Source of the DNA: an uncultured Methylocapsa sp.
GTDB taxonomy: Bacteria > Pseudomonadota > Alphaproteobacteria > Rhizobiales > Beijerinckiaceae
Direction of reading: 5' to 3'
Assembly (NCBI GenBank): GCA_964440215.1
Contig: CAYTRB010000001.1
Location: forward strand, 67-64,066
Length of the DNA: 64,000 nt
Positions 36,076-45,595 of the stretch are shown in pieces. Position numbers and translations under genes: made by a program. The notes beneath the pieces are model-generated. The model saw nothing but the letters and a program-made list of their open reading frames with translations. It did not search any database and was not told the DNA's origin. Position 1 is the first letter of the stretch. Every line of letters starts with the position of its first letter.

Positions 36076-36105
36076 ATTATGCCTCTTTTATCTCGCCATT
36101 TGCAA
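36076..36105 (-). promoter_or_regulatory. candidate sigma70-type promoter of paralog B
   Basis: The minus strand reads TTGCAA (36105-36100), 18 nt, CATAAT (36081-36076) inside an AT-rich tract (36020-36100). The predicted 5' UTR is about 75 nt. Confidence 0.5.
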
Positions 36106-36421
36106 GGCTTGGCTATGGCTATCCTCACGGCCTTGTCATGGCATCGCATGCTCATGGTGCCGCGCGGGATTGGCTCTGCGCGCGCATCCGTGCCTTGAAC
36201 ATATTGTGAAGAATTTGCTCGCCCTTTTCAATTCAAACAAGCCCCAACTCCATGATTTTTGGCGATCGCTTCCTGATCGCCGGATTCCCTGTGAAGGGCC
36301 GGCGGACACATGCGCGCGGAACGCGGCGATTTGAGGAGTCGGTCGCAACCTAAGATCGCTAGCAACCAATTATTATCGGATATGAGGCTAATTTGGCGCG
36401 AACATAACGGGGCCTAGCACT

Positions 36422-36946
36422 ATGACGTCAACCGCAAAGACGCCGACAGCAATGACGCAACAAGCCTGCCCGGACCTGCCGCGGCCCGCAACTTTTGCCG
36501 ATTCGGACGGAGGCCTCACCGGCGCCTATCTCAATCAGTTCAACGAAATGGTGAAGCTGATCGAACAATTGCCGGACACGCCCGAATTGATTGGCGATAT
36601 ATTAAACTGGCATCCGACGACCTATCAGGATTATTTCAACGCCTCGGCCATGCCCGGACGCGTCTCCGCAGCAGATGTCTATGCCTCGCTGAACCGCTGC
36701 GTGCGGCAAAATTTTGAAGGCGTTGTCGACGACTTGGACCGCAAGGCGCTCGGCGCGGTGGCGGTCATCAGACGCCATTACAAAACCCATGGCGAAGCCC
36801 GCCCAGACATCATGATGGAGATTTGCGCGCGCGCCGGCACGCATCTCCGCGAAGTGCTCGGCAAGGCGAATGATCTTGTCAGCCATGTTCCAGCGACAGC
36901 GGGGAATTTTGCGCAACGCCGGAAGCTACGGGTCTCGCAAGCTTGA
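36422..36946 (+). CDS. hypothetical protein (174 aa)
   Basis: An ORF with protein-like composition (LNQFNEMVKLIEQLPDTPELIGDILNWHPTTYQDYF...). No motif I can name. Confidence 0.5.
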   Translation: MTSTAKTPTAMTQQACPDLPRPATFADSDGGLTGAYLNQFNEMVKLIEQLPDTPELIGDILNWHPTTYQDYFNASAMPGRVSAADVYASLNRCVRQNFEGVVDDLDRKALGAVAVIRRHYKTHGEARPDIMMEICARAGTHLREVLGKANDLVSHVPATAGNFAQRRKLRVSQA

Positions 36947-37188
36947 GCGCAAACAAATCGAGACAGTTTTGCGGCGCAATCAAAAGAGCATGTTAAGACC
37001 AAGGCCGGCACCGGTTCCATAGAGTGGGCCTGCGGCACGCGTAAGGGCGGCACTGGCCCAACGCCGCTGTTTAGCTTAAGACTGTTCGCGTACCTTTGCC
37101 TTTCCTGCTGCACGCGATTAAACCCGGGACGAACATTGGGATTAGAGCATAGTCCCCGAGCCCTCCCTCCCATGGTGTCTGTCTGATC

Positions 37189-38511
37189 ATGCGCCTATCC
37201 CGTTATTTTTTGCCGATTCTCCGCGAGACGCCAAAAGAGGCCGAGATCGTCTCGCACCGCTTGATGCTGCGCGCCGGCATGATTCGCCAGGAGGCGGCCG
37301 GAATCTACGCCTGGCTTCCCCTCGGCCTTCGCGTTTTGCAAAAGGTGGGACAGATCGTGCGCGAGGAAATGGATCGTGCGGGCGCGATCGAACTGTTGAT
37401 GCCGACCCTTCAGCTTGCGGATTTGTGGCGGGAAACGGGCCGCTACGAGGCCTATGGTCCGGAAATGCTGCGAATCAAGGACCGCCACGAACGTGAGCTG
37501 CTTTATGGTCCGACCAATGAGGACATGATCACCGGGATCTTTCGGGCCTATGTGCGAAGCTACCGGGATTTGCCCAAAATCCTCTACCACATTCAGTGGA
37601 AATTTCGCGACGAGCAAAGGCCGCGTTTCGGCGTCATGCGCGGCCGCGAATTTTTGATGAAGGATGCGTATTCCTTCGATGTCGACGAGGCTGCCGCGCA
37701 GCTGTCCTACAACAAAATGTTCGTCGCCTATTTACGGATTTTTTCCCGGATGGGATTGAAGGCGATCCCGATGCGTGCCGAGACCGGGCCGATCGGCGGC
37801 GACTTGAGCCATGAATTCATCATTTTGGCGGAAACCGGTGAGTCGGCCGTATTTTGCCACGCCGATGTCTTGGATTTGCCCATTCCGCCTGAGAATACCG
37901 ATTATGATGGCGATCTCTCGCCGGTCATCCGCCAATGGACGAAGTTTTACGCGGCGACCGGGGATGTCCATGAGCAAGCAAGGTTCGAGCGCGAGACGCA
38001 AGAAGAAAAGCGAATTCACACGCGCGGCATCGAGGTTGGCCAGGTGTTTTATTTCGGCGAAAAATATTCTAAACCGATGCAGGCCTTGATCACCGGTCCG
38101 GATGGCGTGGAGCGGCCTTTCCAGGGCGGCTCATACGGCGTTGGCGTGTCGCGTCTCGTCGGCGCGCTGATCGAAGCCGGTCATGATGAAAATGGAATTA
38201 TATGGCCTGAGCCTGTCGCGCCTTTTAAGGCCGGGATCGCGAATTTGAAAGTTGGCGATGGCGCCACGGATGCCGCCTGCGAGAAGATCTATGGCGCGCT
38301 CGAAGGGGCAGGTGTGGAGGTGCTCTATGACGACACCGACGATCGGCCCGGCGCCAAATTCGCCAAGCTCGATCTGATCGGGCTGCCTTATCAGATCATC
38401 GTCGGGCCAAAGGGCTTGGCTTCGGGCACTGTGGAACTCAAGACAAGGGCGACCGGCGCCCGCGAAAACCTTGATGCCGCGGCGGCGATCGCGCGGCTTG
38501 CTGGCTCATGA
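37189..38511 (+). CDS. proS: proline--tRNA ligase (short, alphaproteobacterial type)
   Basis: [34 protein letters not shown]...; class II motifs [25 protein letters not shown] and [15 protein letters not shown]; C-terminal anticodon-binding domain. Confidence 0.95.
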   Translation: MRLSRYFLPILRETPKEAEIVSHRLMLRAGMIRQEAAGIYAWLPLGLRVLQKVGQIVREEMDRAGAIELLMPTLQLADLWRETGRYEAYGPEMLRIKDRHERELLYGPTNEDMITGIFRAYVRSYRDLPKILYHIQWKFRDEQRPRFGVMRGREFLMKDAYSFDVDEAAAQLSYNKMFVAYLRIFSRMGLKAIPMRAETGPIGGDLSHEFIILAETGESAVFCHADVLDLPIPPENTDYDGDLSPVIRQWTKFYAATGDVHEQARFERETQEEKRIHTRGIEVGQVFYFGEKYSKPMQALITGPDGVERPFQGGSYGVGVSRLVGALIEAGHDENGIIWPEPVAPFKAGIANLKVGDGATDAACEKIYGALEGAGVEVLYDDTDDRPGAKFAKLDLIGLPYQIIVGPKGLASGTVELKTRATGARENLDAAAAIARLAGS

Positions 38512-39776
38512 TGAACGCCTCGGCTGGCACCCGCCCATTCGCGCCCTTCGAATGGATGATCGCGTCTCGCTATTTGCGGGCGCGGCGCAAAACGAGCTTT
38601 GTTTCGGTGATCGCCCTTTTCTCCTTTCTTGGAATTACGCTCGGCGTCGCGACTCTGATCGTCGTGATGTCGGTGATGAATGGCTTTCATAAGGAGTTGC
38701 TCGATAAGATCGTCGGCATCAACGGCCATGTCTTCCTTCAGGCCACCGACTCGCAGTTCACCGATTACGACGAAGTGGTGAAGGAAGTAGCGGCGGTGCC
38801 TGGGGTCGAATTGGTTGTGCCGATGATCGAGAGCCCGGCGGCCGCTTCCACCTCAAACATGGCCTTTGCTCTCGTGCGGGGAATCCGGGAGGCGGATATC
38901 AAGCGCCTGCCTGGCATCGCCCACAATGTCAAACTCGGCACGCTTAACGGCTTCGATACGGCAGGCGGTGTGGCGATGGGCCAAAGGCTCGCCGAGAACC
39001 TCGGTCTGCGAATCGGCGACAAGGTCAAAATACTGATCGCCAATGGCGCGCAGACGCCTTTCGGGGTAACACCGCGCACCAAGGTCTATCCGGTTGTGGC
39101 GATCTTTCAGATTGGCATGGCGGAGTTCGACAACCTCTTCGTCTATATGGCCTTGCCCGAGGCGCAAGCCTTCTTCAACAAGGACAAAGAGGCGAGCGTC
39201 ATCGAAATTTTCCTGCAAAAGCCGGAGGAACTCGATTCTGTCAGAAGCAAAATCGACGCGGCGGTGATGCGGCCGATGATCATGACCGACTGGCGCGAGC
39301 GCAACAAGACATTCTTCGATGCGCTGAACGTTGAGCGCAATGTCATGTTCATCATTCTGACGCTGATCATGCTTGTCGCGGCGCTCAACATCGTGTCTGG
39401 GCTTATCATGCTCGTCAAGGACAAGGGGCCGGACATCGCCATTTTGCGCACCATGGGCGCGACGCAAGGCGGGATCATGCGGATTTTTCTGATTACAGGG
39501 GTTTCAATCGGCGTCGCCGGAACTTTTGCCGGCTGCTTTCTTGGATTGCTTGTCGCCCACAATCTCGAAGCGGTTCGCCAGGGACTGAATTGGCTACTCA
39601 ACGCCAATCTGTTTCCGGCCGAACTCTATTTTCTTTCGCGTCTTCCCTCTGTCGTCGATCCGCTCGACGTCCTTGCCGTTGTCACGATGACACTCACGCT
39701 TTCGGTGCTGGCGACGATCTATCCGTCCTGGCGCGCGGCGAGGCTCGATCCCGTTGAAGCCTTGCGATACGAATAG
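38508..39776 (+). CDS. lipoprotein-releasing ABC transporter permease LolC/LolE
   Basis: [47 protein letters not shown], a periplasmic domain, and a C-terminal FtsX-like 3-TM (ILRTMGAT...). The ATG overlaps the proS stop. Confidence 0.92.
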   Translation: MMNASAGTRPFAPFEWMIASRYLRARRKTSFVSVIALFSFLGITLGVATLIVVMSVMNGFHKELLDKIVGINGHVFLQATDSQFTDYDEVVKEVAAVPGVELVVPMIESPAAASTSNMAFALVRGIREADIKRLPGIAHNVKLGTLNGFDTAGGVAMGQRLAENLGLRIGDKVKILIANGAQTPFGVTPRTKVYPVVAIFQIGMAEFDNLFVYMALPEAQAFFNKDKEASVIEIFLQKPEELDSVRSKIDAAVMRPMIMTDWRERNKTFFDALNVERNVMFIILTLIMLVAALNIVSGLIMLVKDKGPDIAILRTMGATQGGIMRIFLITGVSIGVAGTFAGCFLGLLVAHNLEAVRQGLNWLLNANLFPAELYFLSRLPSVVDPLDVLAVVTMTLTLSVLATIYPSWRAARLDPVEALRYE

Positions 39777-39778
39777 CC

Positions 39779-40462
39779 ATGTCTGCTCCGGCTCTCCGTC
39801 TCGAAAAGGTCGAACGCAGCTATGATCAGGCGGGGTCGCCGCTTGAAATTTTGCGCGGCGCCGATTTTGTCTTGTGGGCCGGACAGTCGGTCGCGCTGGT
39901 TGCCCCCTCCGGCGCCGGCAAATCAACGCTTCTCCATATCGCTGGCCTTCTCGAGAAACCCGATGCGGGAGAGGTGTTTGTCGCAGGCGAAGCCACGGTC
40001 GCCATGGACGACGCGGCGCGAACAGCCTTGCGGCGCAGCGAGATCGGCTTTGTCTATCAGTTCCATCATCTGCTGCCGGAATTTACGGCGCTTGAAAATA
40101 TCATGCTGCCGCAGATGATCGGTGGAGTTTCCCGGCGCGAGGCTGCTGACCGGGCCGGGCAAGTGCTCCACTATCTTGGTTTATCGGCGCGCGCAAAACA
40201 TCGGCCCGCGGAACTTTCGGGTGGCGAGCAGCAGCGTATCGCGATCGCGCGTGCGGTCGCCAATAGTCCGCGCCTCCTGCTTGCCGACGAGCCGACCGGC
40301 AATCTCGATCCGAAGACCGCGGACCATGTGTTCAACGCTCTCGACACGATCGTCCGGGCGACTGGACTTGCAACCTTGATCGCGACCCATAACATGGAGT
40401 TGGCCAGCCGCATGGACCGGCGGGTGACCTTGCACGAAGGGCTTGTGCTGGAGCTCGATTGA
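39779..40462 (+). CDS. lolD: lipoprotein-releasing ABC transporter ATP-binding protein LolD
   Basis: Walker [12 protein letters not shown], signature [14 protein letters not shown], Walker [13 protein letters not shown]. Sits 2 nt after the Lol permease gene. Confidence 0.92.
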   Translation: MSAPALRLEKVERSYDQAGSPLEILRGADFVLWAGQSVALVAPSGAGKSTLLHIAGLLEKPDAGEVFVAGEATVAMDDAARTALRRSEIGFVYQFHHLLPEFTALENIMLPQMIGGVSRREAADRAGQVLHYLGLSARAKHRPAELSGGEQQRIAIARAVANSPRLLLADEPTGNLDPKTADHVFNALDTIVRATGLATLIATHNMELASRMDRRVTLHEGLVLELD

Positions 40463-40611
40463 GGAAATTGGAGCAGCCTCGTACAGTCGCAAGGTTAGTT
40501 ATAACGTACAGTTTTGGTTCAAACAGGCGCATACTGGATGCGGCGTCCCCGCCGCGATCTGGCGGCGAGCGCCAAAAGTGCTTACATGGGAGGCATCGGA
40601 GGACTCACCTC

Positions 40612-40941
40612 ATGTCGAATGCAATTGTCATCACCGTGCCGCATAACCTCGGTGCCGAAGAGGCAAAAAGACGAATCAACGAGCAGTTGGAACATTTGCG
40701 CCGCGATTACATCGATAAAGTGGCTTACAGCGAGGTCAATTGGGACGCTGACACGGCGGATTTACGGGTCGTGGCGCTTGGACAAACCGTTACCGGAAAA
40801 ATCTGCGTCCTGAGCGATTCCTTGCGTATCGAAGTGCAGCTTCCCTGGATACTTGCCGCGCTCACCGAAAAGATCCAAGGCGTTCTCAAGAACAAAGCGG
40901 AGGAATCGCTGAAGATCGGCTACACTCCGCCAAAAATTTGA
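40612..40941 (+). CDS. small protein resembling the 'polyhydroxyalkanoic acid system' family (PHA_gran_rgn-like)
   Basis: MSNAIVITVPHNLGAEEAKRRINEQL...GQTVTGKICVLSDSLRIEVQLPWILAAL: the pattern resembles that family as I recall it. ATG 40612 is preceded by GGAGGA. Confidence 0.5.
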   Translation: MSNAIVITVPHNLGAEEAKRRINEQLEHLRRDYIDKVAYSEVNWDADTADLRVVALGQTVTGKICVLSDSLRIEVQLPWILAALTEKIQGVLKNKAEESLKIGYTPPKI

Positions 40942-41007
40942 ACAGGCAAAGGCCGAAACAGCAGAGCAAGCAGCAAAGCGCCAGCGCGAATTGAGCTTGG
41001 CATGCGC

Positions 41008-41217
41008 TTATTTTACCGCGATCATCACATCCGAGGCCTTGACGACCGCGTAAGCTTGCGTGCCCCTCTTAAGGCCAAGCTCGGTGACCGATTCGTTGGT
41101 GATCGAAGCGGTTATGATTCCCCCCCCTTTGAGTTCGATTTCGACATGAGCGGTGGTTGCGCCCATATGAACTTCCTTGATCGTGCCTTCGAGAGCATTG
41201 CGCGCGGATATTTTCAT
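41008..41217 (-). CDS. TOBE/Mop-domain molybdate-binding protein (69 aa)
   Basis: MKISARNALEGTIKEVHMGATTAHVEIELKGGGIITASITNESVTELGLKRGTQAYAVVKASDVMIAVK is a canonical single TOBE domain. Start moved to ATG 41217. Confidence 0.88.
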   Translation of the reverse strand: MKISARNALEGTIKEVHMGATTAHVEIELKGGGIITASITNESVTELGLKRGTQAYAVVKASDVMIAVK

Positions 41218-41402
41218 GTCGTGCCTCCCATTTATCCAATGGCACGAGACCGGACCTCCGCAGGCTTCGGTGAATGCCATTGTTTGACTTACGGCTCTTT
41301 CATACCATGTTACCGGCATGCGCCAACTCTTTCCGTTCGCGCGGCTCCCTTTCGATGGTAAGAGCCCGGGTGACCGGGAAGAGCTCTATAACATCAGCCA
41401 AT

Positions 41403-42929
41403 ATGGAACAGCGCGCGGCCTTTGACCAAAACGATGTCTTTGCCTTCCTGGCGGATCCCGCGACGCATGGGCTGCGCGAGCCGGTGACGCGAATCAATAC
41501 CCATGGTGCCGCGGTTTTTCTTGCCGGCAAGGATGTCTATAAAGTCAAACGGGCGGTGCGCTATCCATTCATGGATTATTCGACCCTTGCCAAGCGGCGA
41601 TGGGCTTGCGAACGCGAGATTGCCGTCAACAAAGCCAACGCTCCAGATCTTTACCTCGGCACCGTTCCGATTTCGCAAGACGGCCCGGTTTTAAAGTTCA
41701 GCGGCGGCGGTCCCATCATCGAATGGGCGGTTCATATGCGGCGCTTCGATGAAGACCGCACGTTTGATCGTCTGGCCAGTCGGAACGAACTTACGTACGA
41801 CATCATTACGAAACTGGCTGGCGTCGCCGCCGCGTCGCACGCTCGGGCGCTGGTCGCCCCGGGAAAAGACGCGGGCGAGGTGCTCCAGCGCCTGATCGAG
41901 GAGACCCTCGTCTCTCTCGAAGCCGCGCCCGGAATTTTCGCGGCTTATTCTGCCGGCAAGCTTCGCCACGCAATGGAGCAGGCCTTCAAGCGCGGAGAAT
42001 CGTTGCTCTCGGAGCGCGCGACTCAAGGTCAAGTCCGCCGCTGTCATGGCGATCTTCATTTGCGCAACATCGTCCTGATCGAAGATGAGCCGGTTCTCTT
42101 CGATGCGATCGAATTCGATGAGACGATCGCAACCTGTGACGTGCTTTACGATCTCGCGTTTTTGCTGATGGATTTGTGGACGCGCGGACTGCCCCGCCAT
42201 GCAAATCTTCTGCTCAACCGCTATTTATGGATATGCGACGATGTTGAAAGCCAGCTCAAAGGCCTTTCGCTTCTTCCGCTCTTCCTTTCCTTGCGCGCCG
42301 CAATCCGCGCCAAGGTGGCCATTCTCCAGCCTGGAGGTGGAGACGCTCAAGCGGCCGAAGCGCGTCATTATTTTGAGGCCGCGTGCGATCTTCTGGCACC
42401 GCGGCGGCTGGATTTGGTTGCTCTCGGCGGCTTGTCCGGGACGGGCAAAAGCACGCTTGCCACCGCGCTCGCGGGTGCGATCGGGCGCGCCCCGGGCGCC
42501 GTCCATCTGCGCAGCGATATTGAACGCAAACGGCTCTTTGAGGTCCGTCAGTTCGACCGCCTGCCGGAGGAGGCCTACCGGCCGGAAATCACCGCACAAA
42601 TTTATCAACATCTACGCGATCTGGCTGCCATCGCGCTCGAAGCCGGCCAGAGCGTAATTATCGATGCCGTGCAGTTGACGCCGGAAGAACGCTTGGCGGT
42701 GAAAGAGACCGCAAGCCGGGGCGCAGCACATTTCACCGGCCTATGGCTTGAGGCCCCTGTCGAGAGGCTCGTTGAGCGGGTCGCCAAACGCCAGCGGGAT
42801 GCGTCGGACGCAACGACCGGCATTGTGTCGGCACAGGCGAGGCAGCCAACCGGAGCGATGGACTGGCGCCGCGTCGATGCTTCGGGCGTGGCCGAAACCC
42901 TCGTCAAAACGGTTCTTGCGATGCTCTAA
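41403..42929 (+). CDS. bifunctional aminoglycoside-phosphotransferase-like / P-loop ATP-binding protein
   Basis: Kinase-like catalytic loop RCHGDLHLRNIVL...FDAIEFD in the N-terminal half. Walker A GGLSGTGKSTLA in the C-terminal half. ATG 41403. Confidence 0.8.
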   Translation: MEQRAAFDQNDVFAFLADPATHGLREPVTRINTHGAAVFLAGKDVYKVKRAVRYPFMDYSTLAKRRWACEREIAVNKANAPDLYLGTVPISQDGPVLKFSGGGPIIEWAVHMRRFDEDRTFDRLASRNELTYDIITKLAGVAAASHARALVAPGKDAGEVLQRLIEETLVSLEAAPGIFAAYSAGKLRHAMEQAFKRGESLLSERATQGQVRRCHGDLHLRNIVLIEDEPVLFDAIEFDETIATCDVLYDLAFLLMDLWTRGLPRHANLLLNRYLWICDDVESQLKGLSLLPLFLSLRAAIRAKVAILQPGGGDAQAAEARHYFEAACDLLAPRRLDLVALGGLSGTGKSTLATALAGAIGRAPGAVHLRSDIERKRLFEVRQFDRLPEEAYRPEITAQIYQHLRDLAAIALEAGQSVIIDAVQLTPEERLAVKETASRGAAHFTGLWLEAPVERLVERVAKRQRDASDATTGIVSAQARQPTGAMDWRRVDASGVAETLVKTVLAML

Positions 42930-42935
42930 CAATCG

Positions 42936-43925
42936 TTAAGCAGGCGGCAGCAGCACCGCCGCGCCTTCGAGCCTGCCGGCCCGCAAATCAGCCAAGGCAC
43001 AATTCGCTTGATCGAGCGGATAAGTCGTGGTCCGCGTCTCGATTCCGGCTTCGGCGGCGAAGGCGAGAAATGTTACGCCATCCTGCCGTGTGAGATTGGC
43101 GACCGAGATGATCTGACGTTCCTCCCATAGCAAACGATAAGGAAAGGAGGGGATATCGCTCATGTGAATCCCGGCGCAAACGACAATGCCGCCCTTGCGC
43201 ACCGCCGCGAGCGCAGCCGGCACCAGTTCTCCGACCGGGGCATATATGATCGCCGCGTCGAGAGGTTCGGGCGGGGTTTCGCCGGAGCTTCCGGCCCAAG
43301 CCGCTCCGAGGCGCAAGGCAAACGCTTGCGCCGCCTTATCTCCTTCACGCGTAAAAGCAAAAACCTGGCTCCCCTGTTTGCGCGCGGCTTGCACGATGAT
43401 ATGAGCCGCCGCCCCGAAGCCATAGAGACCGAGTGTCTTTGCTTCACCCGCAAAACGAAGCGAACGCCAGCCGATGAGACCGGCACAGAGCAAAGGCGCT
43501 AGCGCCGCGGCGCTACCCTCCTGGCTCAAGTGAAAGGCATAGCGCGCGTCGGCAATCGCACGGGTCGCGTAACCGCCGTTTCGCGTGTAGCCCGTGAAGA
43601 CCGGACGGTCGCAAAGATTCTCCCTGTGGCTCACGCAATAGGGGCACACGCCGCAGGTCGACCCAAGCCAGGGAATGCCGACCCTCTCGCCAATTTCATG
43701 CCCTTCAACATGGGGGCCGAGCGCATCGATCCGCCCGACGATTTCATGCCCCGGTATGATTGGGAGTATCCTGTCTGGCAGCTCGCCATCCACAACATGG
43801 AGATCGGTCCGGCAGACGCCGCACGCTTCCACGCGGACCCGAAGTTCGCCTGGGCCGGGGATAGGATCGGGTAATTCCTCGTAAACCAAAGGCCTGCCTA
43901 TTTCGTGCAGGACCATGCCAAACAT
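42936..43925 (-). CDS. zinc-dependent alcohol dehydrogenase family protein
   Basis: [14 protein letters not shown]...GHEIVGRI (catalytic Zn site), [15 protein letters not shown] (structural Zn), Rossmann [10 protein letters not shown]. Confidence 0.9.
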   Translation of the reverse strand: MFGMVLHEIGRPLVYEELPDPIPGPGELRVRVEACGVCRTDLHVVDGELPDRILPIIPGHEIVGRIDALGPHVEGHEIGERVGIPWLGSTCGVCPYCVSHRENLCDRPVFTGYTRNGGYATRAIADARYAFHLSQEGSAAALAPLLCAGLIGWRSLRFAGEAKTLGLYGFGAAAHIIVQAARKQGSQVFAFTREGDKAAQAFALRLGAAWAGSSGETPPEPLDAAIIYAPVGELVPAALAAVRKGGIVVCAGIHMSDIPSFPYRLLWEERQIISVANLTRQDGVTFLAFAAEAGIETRTTTYPLDQANCALADLRAGRLEGAAVLLPPA

Positions 43926-43968
43926 TGGCGGCTCTCCAGTCTATGCGCGCGTCAACGCGCCTAAGACG

Positions 43969-44784
43969 TCAATGCGCAAGGAGATGACAGCGGGAGGGTT
44001 GCCTCAGAAGATCGCGCGTCACGCCACCGAAAACCCATTCGCGGATTTTTCCGTGTCCGTAAGCACCCGCGACAATGAGGTCCAAGACTTCCGTGTCGGC
44101 AAGCGCGTCGAGTTGGGCTGCCGCGCCTTTGAGCAAGGGCTCGCTCCAAGCCGTTGCATTGACACCGTGGCCAGTAAGCCAAGCGATGACATCTTCGAGA
44201 CGGTGATTGGCAGCCGCCGGATTATTACCCTCATCGATTTCTGCGACGATGGCTTTTTGGCAGAGGTGCAAGAGAGGCAAGGCATCGTAAATCGCACGGC
44301 GCGCCTCCCGTGTATCCTTCCAAGCAACGAGGATCCGCTCTGCCTTCAGTAGCGCGACGTCGTCTGGAACGAGGAGCAGCGGACGGCCGGCCCACATTAC
44401 GAGATCGGCGGGATCGAGCCCAGTGTCATCGGCGCCCTTGCCAACAATCACGAGATCGGCCGCACGGCTCTCACCGGCGATAAAGGAAACAGGTTCAGCG
44501 ATCGCCGACCTCCATTCGATTTGCTTGGCCCGGCCTTTCAGCGCTTCGCGAAAGCGCTCTTCCACCTGTTGAAGGCGTTTCGCGATATTCGCCTGGTTTT
44601 GCTTCCACATGTCGACATTCGCAAAGGCATCGCTTTCCGCAAGACCGAGCGGAACAATCACTTCCTGCGCGGCAATTCCGATGACGCGCGCATCGAATCG
44701 CTCGGCAAGGGTTGCGGCGATATGGAGCCGGTTATCATGTTTTGGGTTCAGATCGCAACAGACCATCAAAGTATTATAGGACAT
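43969..44784 (-). CDS. tandem-domain universal stress protein
   Basis: Two USP-like halves, the second ending LIVAGAYGHGKIREWVFGGVTRDLL (ATP-binding G-2x-G-9x-G(S/T) type motif). GGGAG SD. Confidence 0.8.
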   Translation of the reverse strand: MSYNTLMVCCDLNPKHDNRLHIAATLAERFDARVIGIAAQEVIVPLGLAESDAFANVDMWKQNQANIAKRLQQVEERFREALKGRAKQIEWRSAIAEPVSFIAGESRAADLVIVGKGADDTGLDPADLVMWAGRPLLLVPDDVALLKAERILVAWKDTREARRAIYDALPLLHLCQKAIVAEIDEGNNPAAANHRLEDVIAWLTGHGVNATAWSEPLLKGAAAQLDALADTEVLDLIVAGAYGHGKIREWVFGGVTRDLLRQPSRCHLLAH

Positions 44785-44928
44785 CGGAGACTCCCGCTGC
44801 GGTTGGCCTTCGGCATGAGCATGATCGTGCCAGTTTCACCGGCTTTGACTTTGATCTTTCTCAAGCCTGGCCGCTCACGCCAGTGACTTTATTATGTTCC
44901 AAGCGCTGCTAGGCTAACGTATGCCCGT

Positions 44929-45342
44929 TCACACAGGTTCCACCGAGGCGACCTGAAACGTATGCAGGCCGTCGTCCTCGCGGACCGACACATAGTCACC
45001 AATAATGAACCGGTCAGAGCTGAAGTGATAGCCGGTTTCGTCGGCCTGATCGCCGCCGACGTCATAGCGAAAAGCCCAAGCACCGCCAGGTTTGCGCACC
45101 AGATGGCCGATGCCGTCGGCTTCGTCCGGACGAAACCGGACGACTCGGCAAAAGTCATGATATCCGTGCCACAAATTGGGATCGATCCGGCCATCGGCAT
45201 CGAGCGGCGCGACGAAAGTATAGCCGATCAAAGCGCTTCCCTTGGGATAGCCTTTTTCGCGCGCGAGTTCCAGACGAACGCGCCGGAAGGCTGGCGGTAG
45301 CGTGGTCCAGTCGAGCTTTGCGGTGGGGTCCAAATGTTTCAC
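44929..45342 (-). CDS. hypothetical protein (137 aa from GTG 45342; up to 173 aa if ATG 45450)
   Basis: Protein-like ORF (LDWTTLPPAFRRVRLELAREKGYPKGS...). GTG 45342 has an AAGAGGA SD 5 nt upstream, while ATG 45450 has none. Confidence 0.5.
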   Translation of the reverse strand: MKHLDPTAKLDWTTLPPAFRRVRLELAREKGYPKGSALIGYTFVAPLDADGRIDPNLWHGYHDFCRVVRFRPDEADGIGHLVRKPGGAWAFRYDVGGDQADETGYHFSSDRFIIGDYVSVREDDGLHTFQVASVEPV

Positions 45343-45595
45343 AGGGTCCTCTTGGCGCTTTCTCCCCGTGCGGTAGCTATTTTTCTGGATATGGTCCGCC
45401 TTTGGCCCGAAAGAGCGAAGGAAGACCACCAGCCACTGGCACGGATCCATATAACGCGGCTTTTTATGCCGTGTAGTTCCCTTTTATTGATTATCTTAGC
45501 TGTAGCTTTTGAGGATTGATTTGAATCAACGAGGCAAGCGCTTTGATCTTAAATATAGTTGGCACGCTTTTGGGTTTGGTACCGCAACTGGCGCT

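Noticed and set aside
36946-37189. Structured RNA or tRNA in the 243-nt spacer before proS.
   Set aside because: No cloverleaf or recognisable riboswitch core was found by eye. There is only a short similarity (TAGAGCATAGTCCCCGA) to repeat copy c, too short to call.
45559-45575. Sigma54-like TTGGCACGCTTTTGGGT.
   Set aside because: The -24 TGGCAC element is good, but the -12 element is TGGG rather than TTGC. On the plus strand it also points into the 3' end of a convergent gene, so there is nothing to transcribe.
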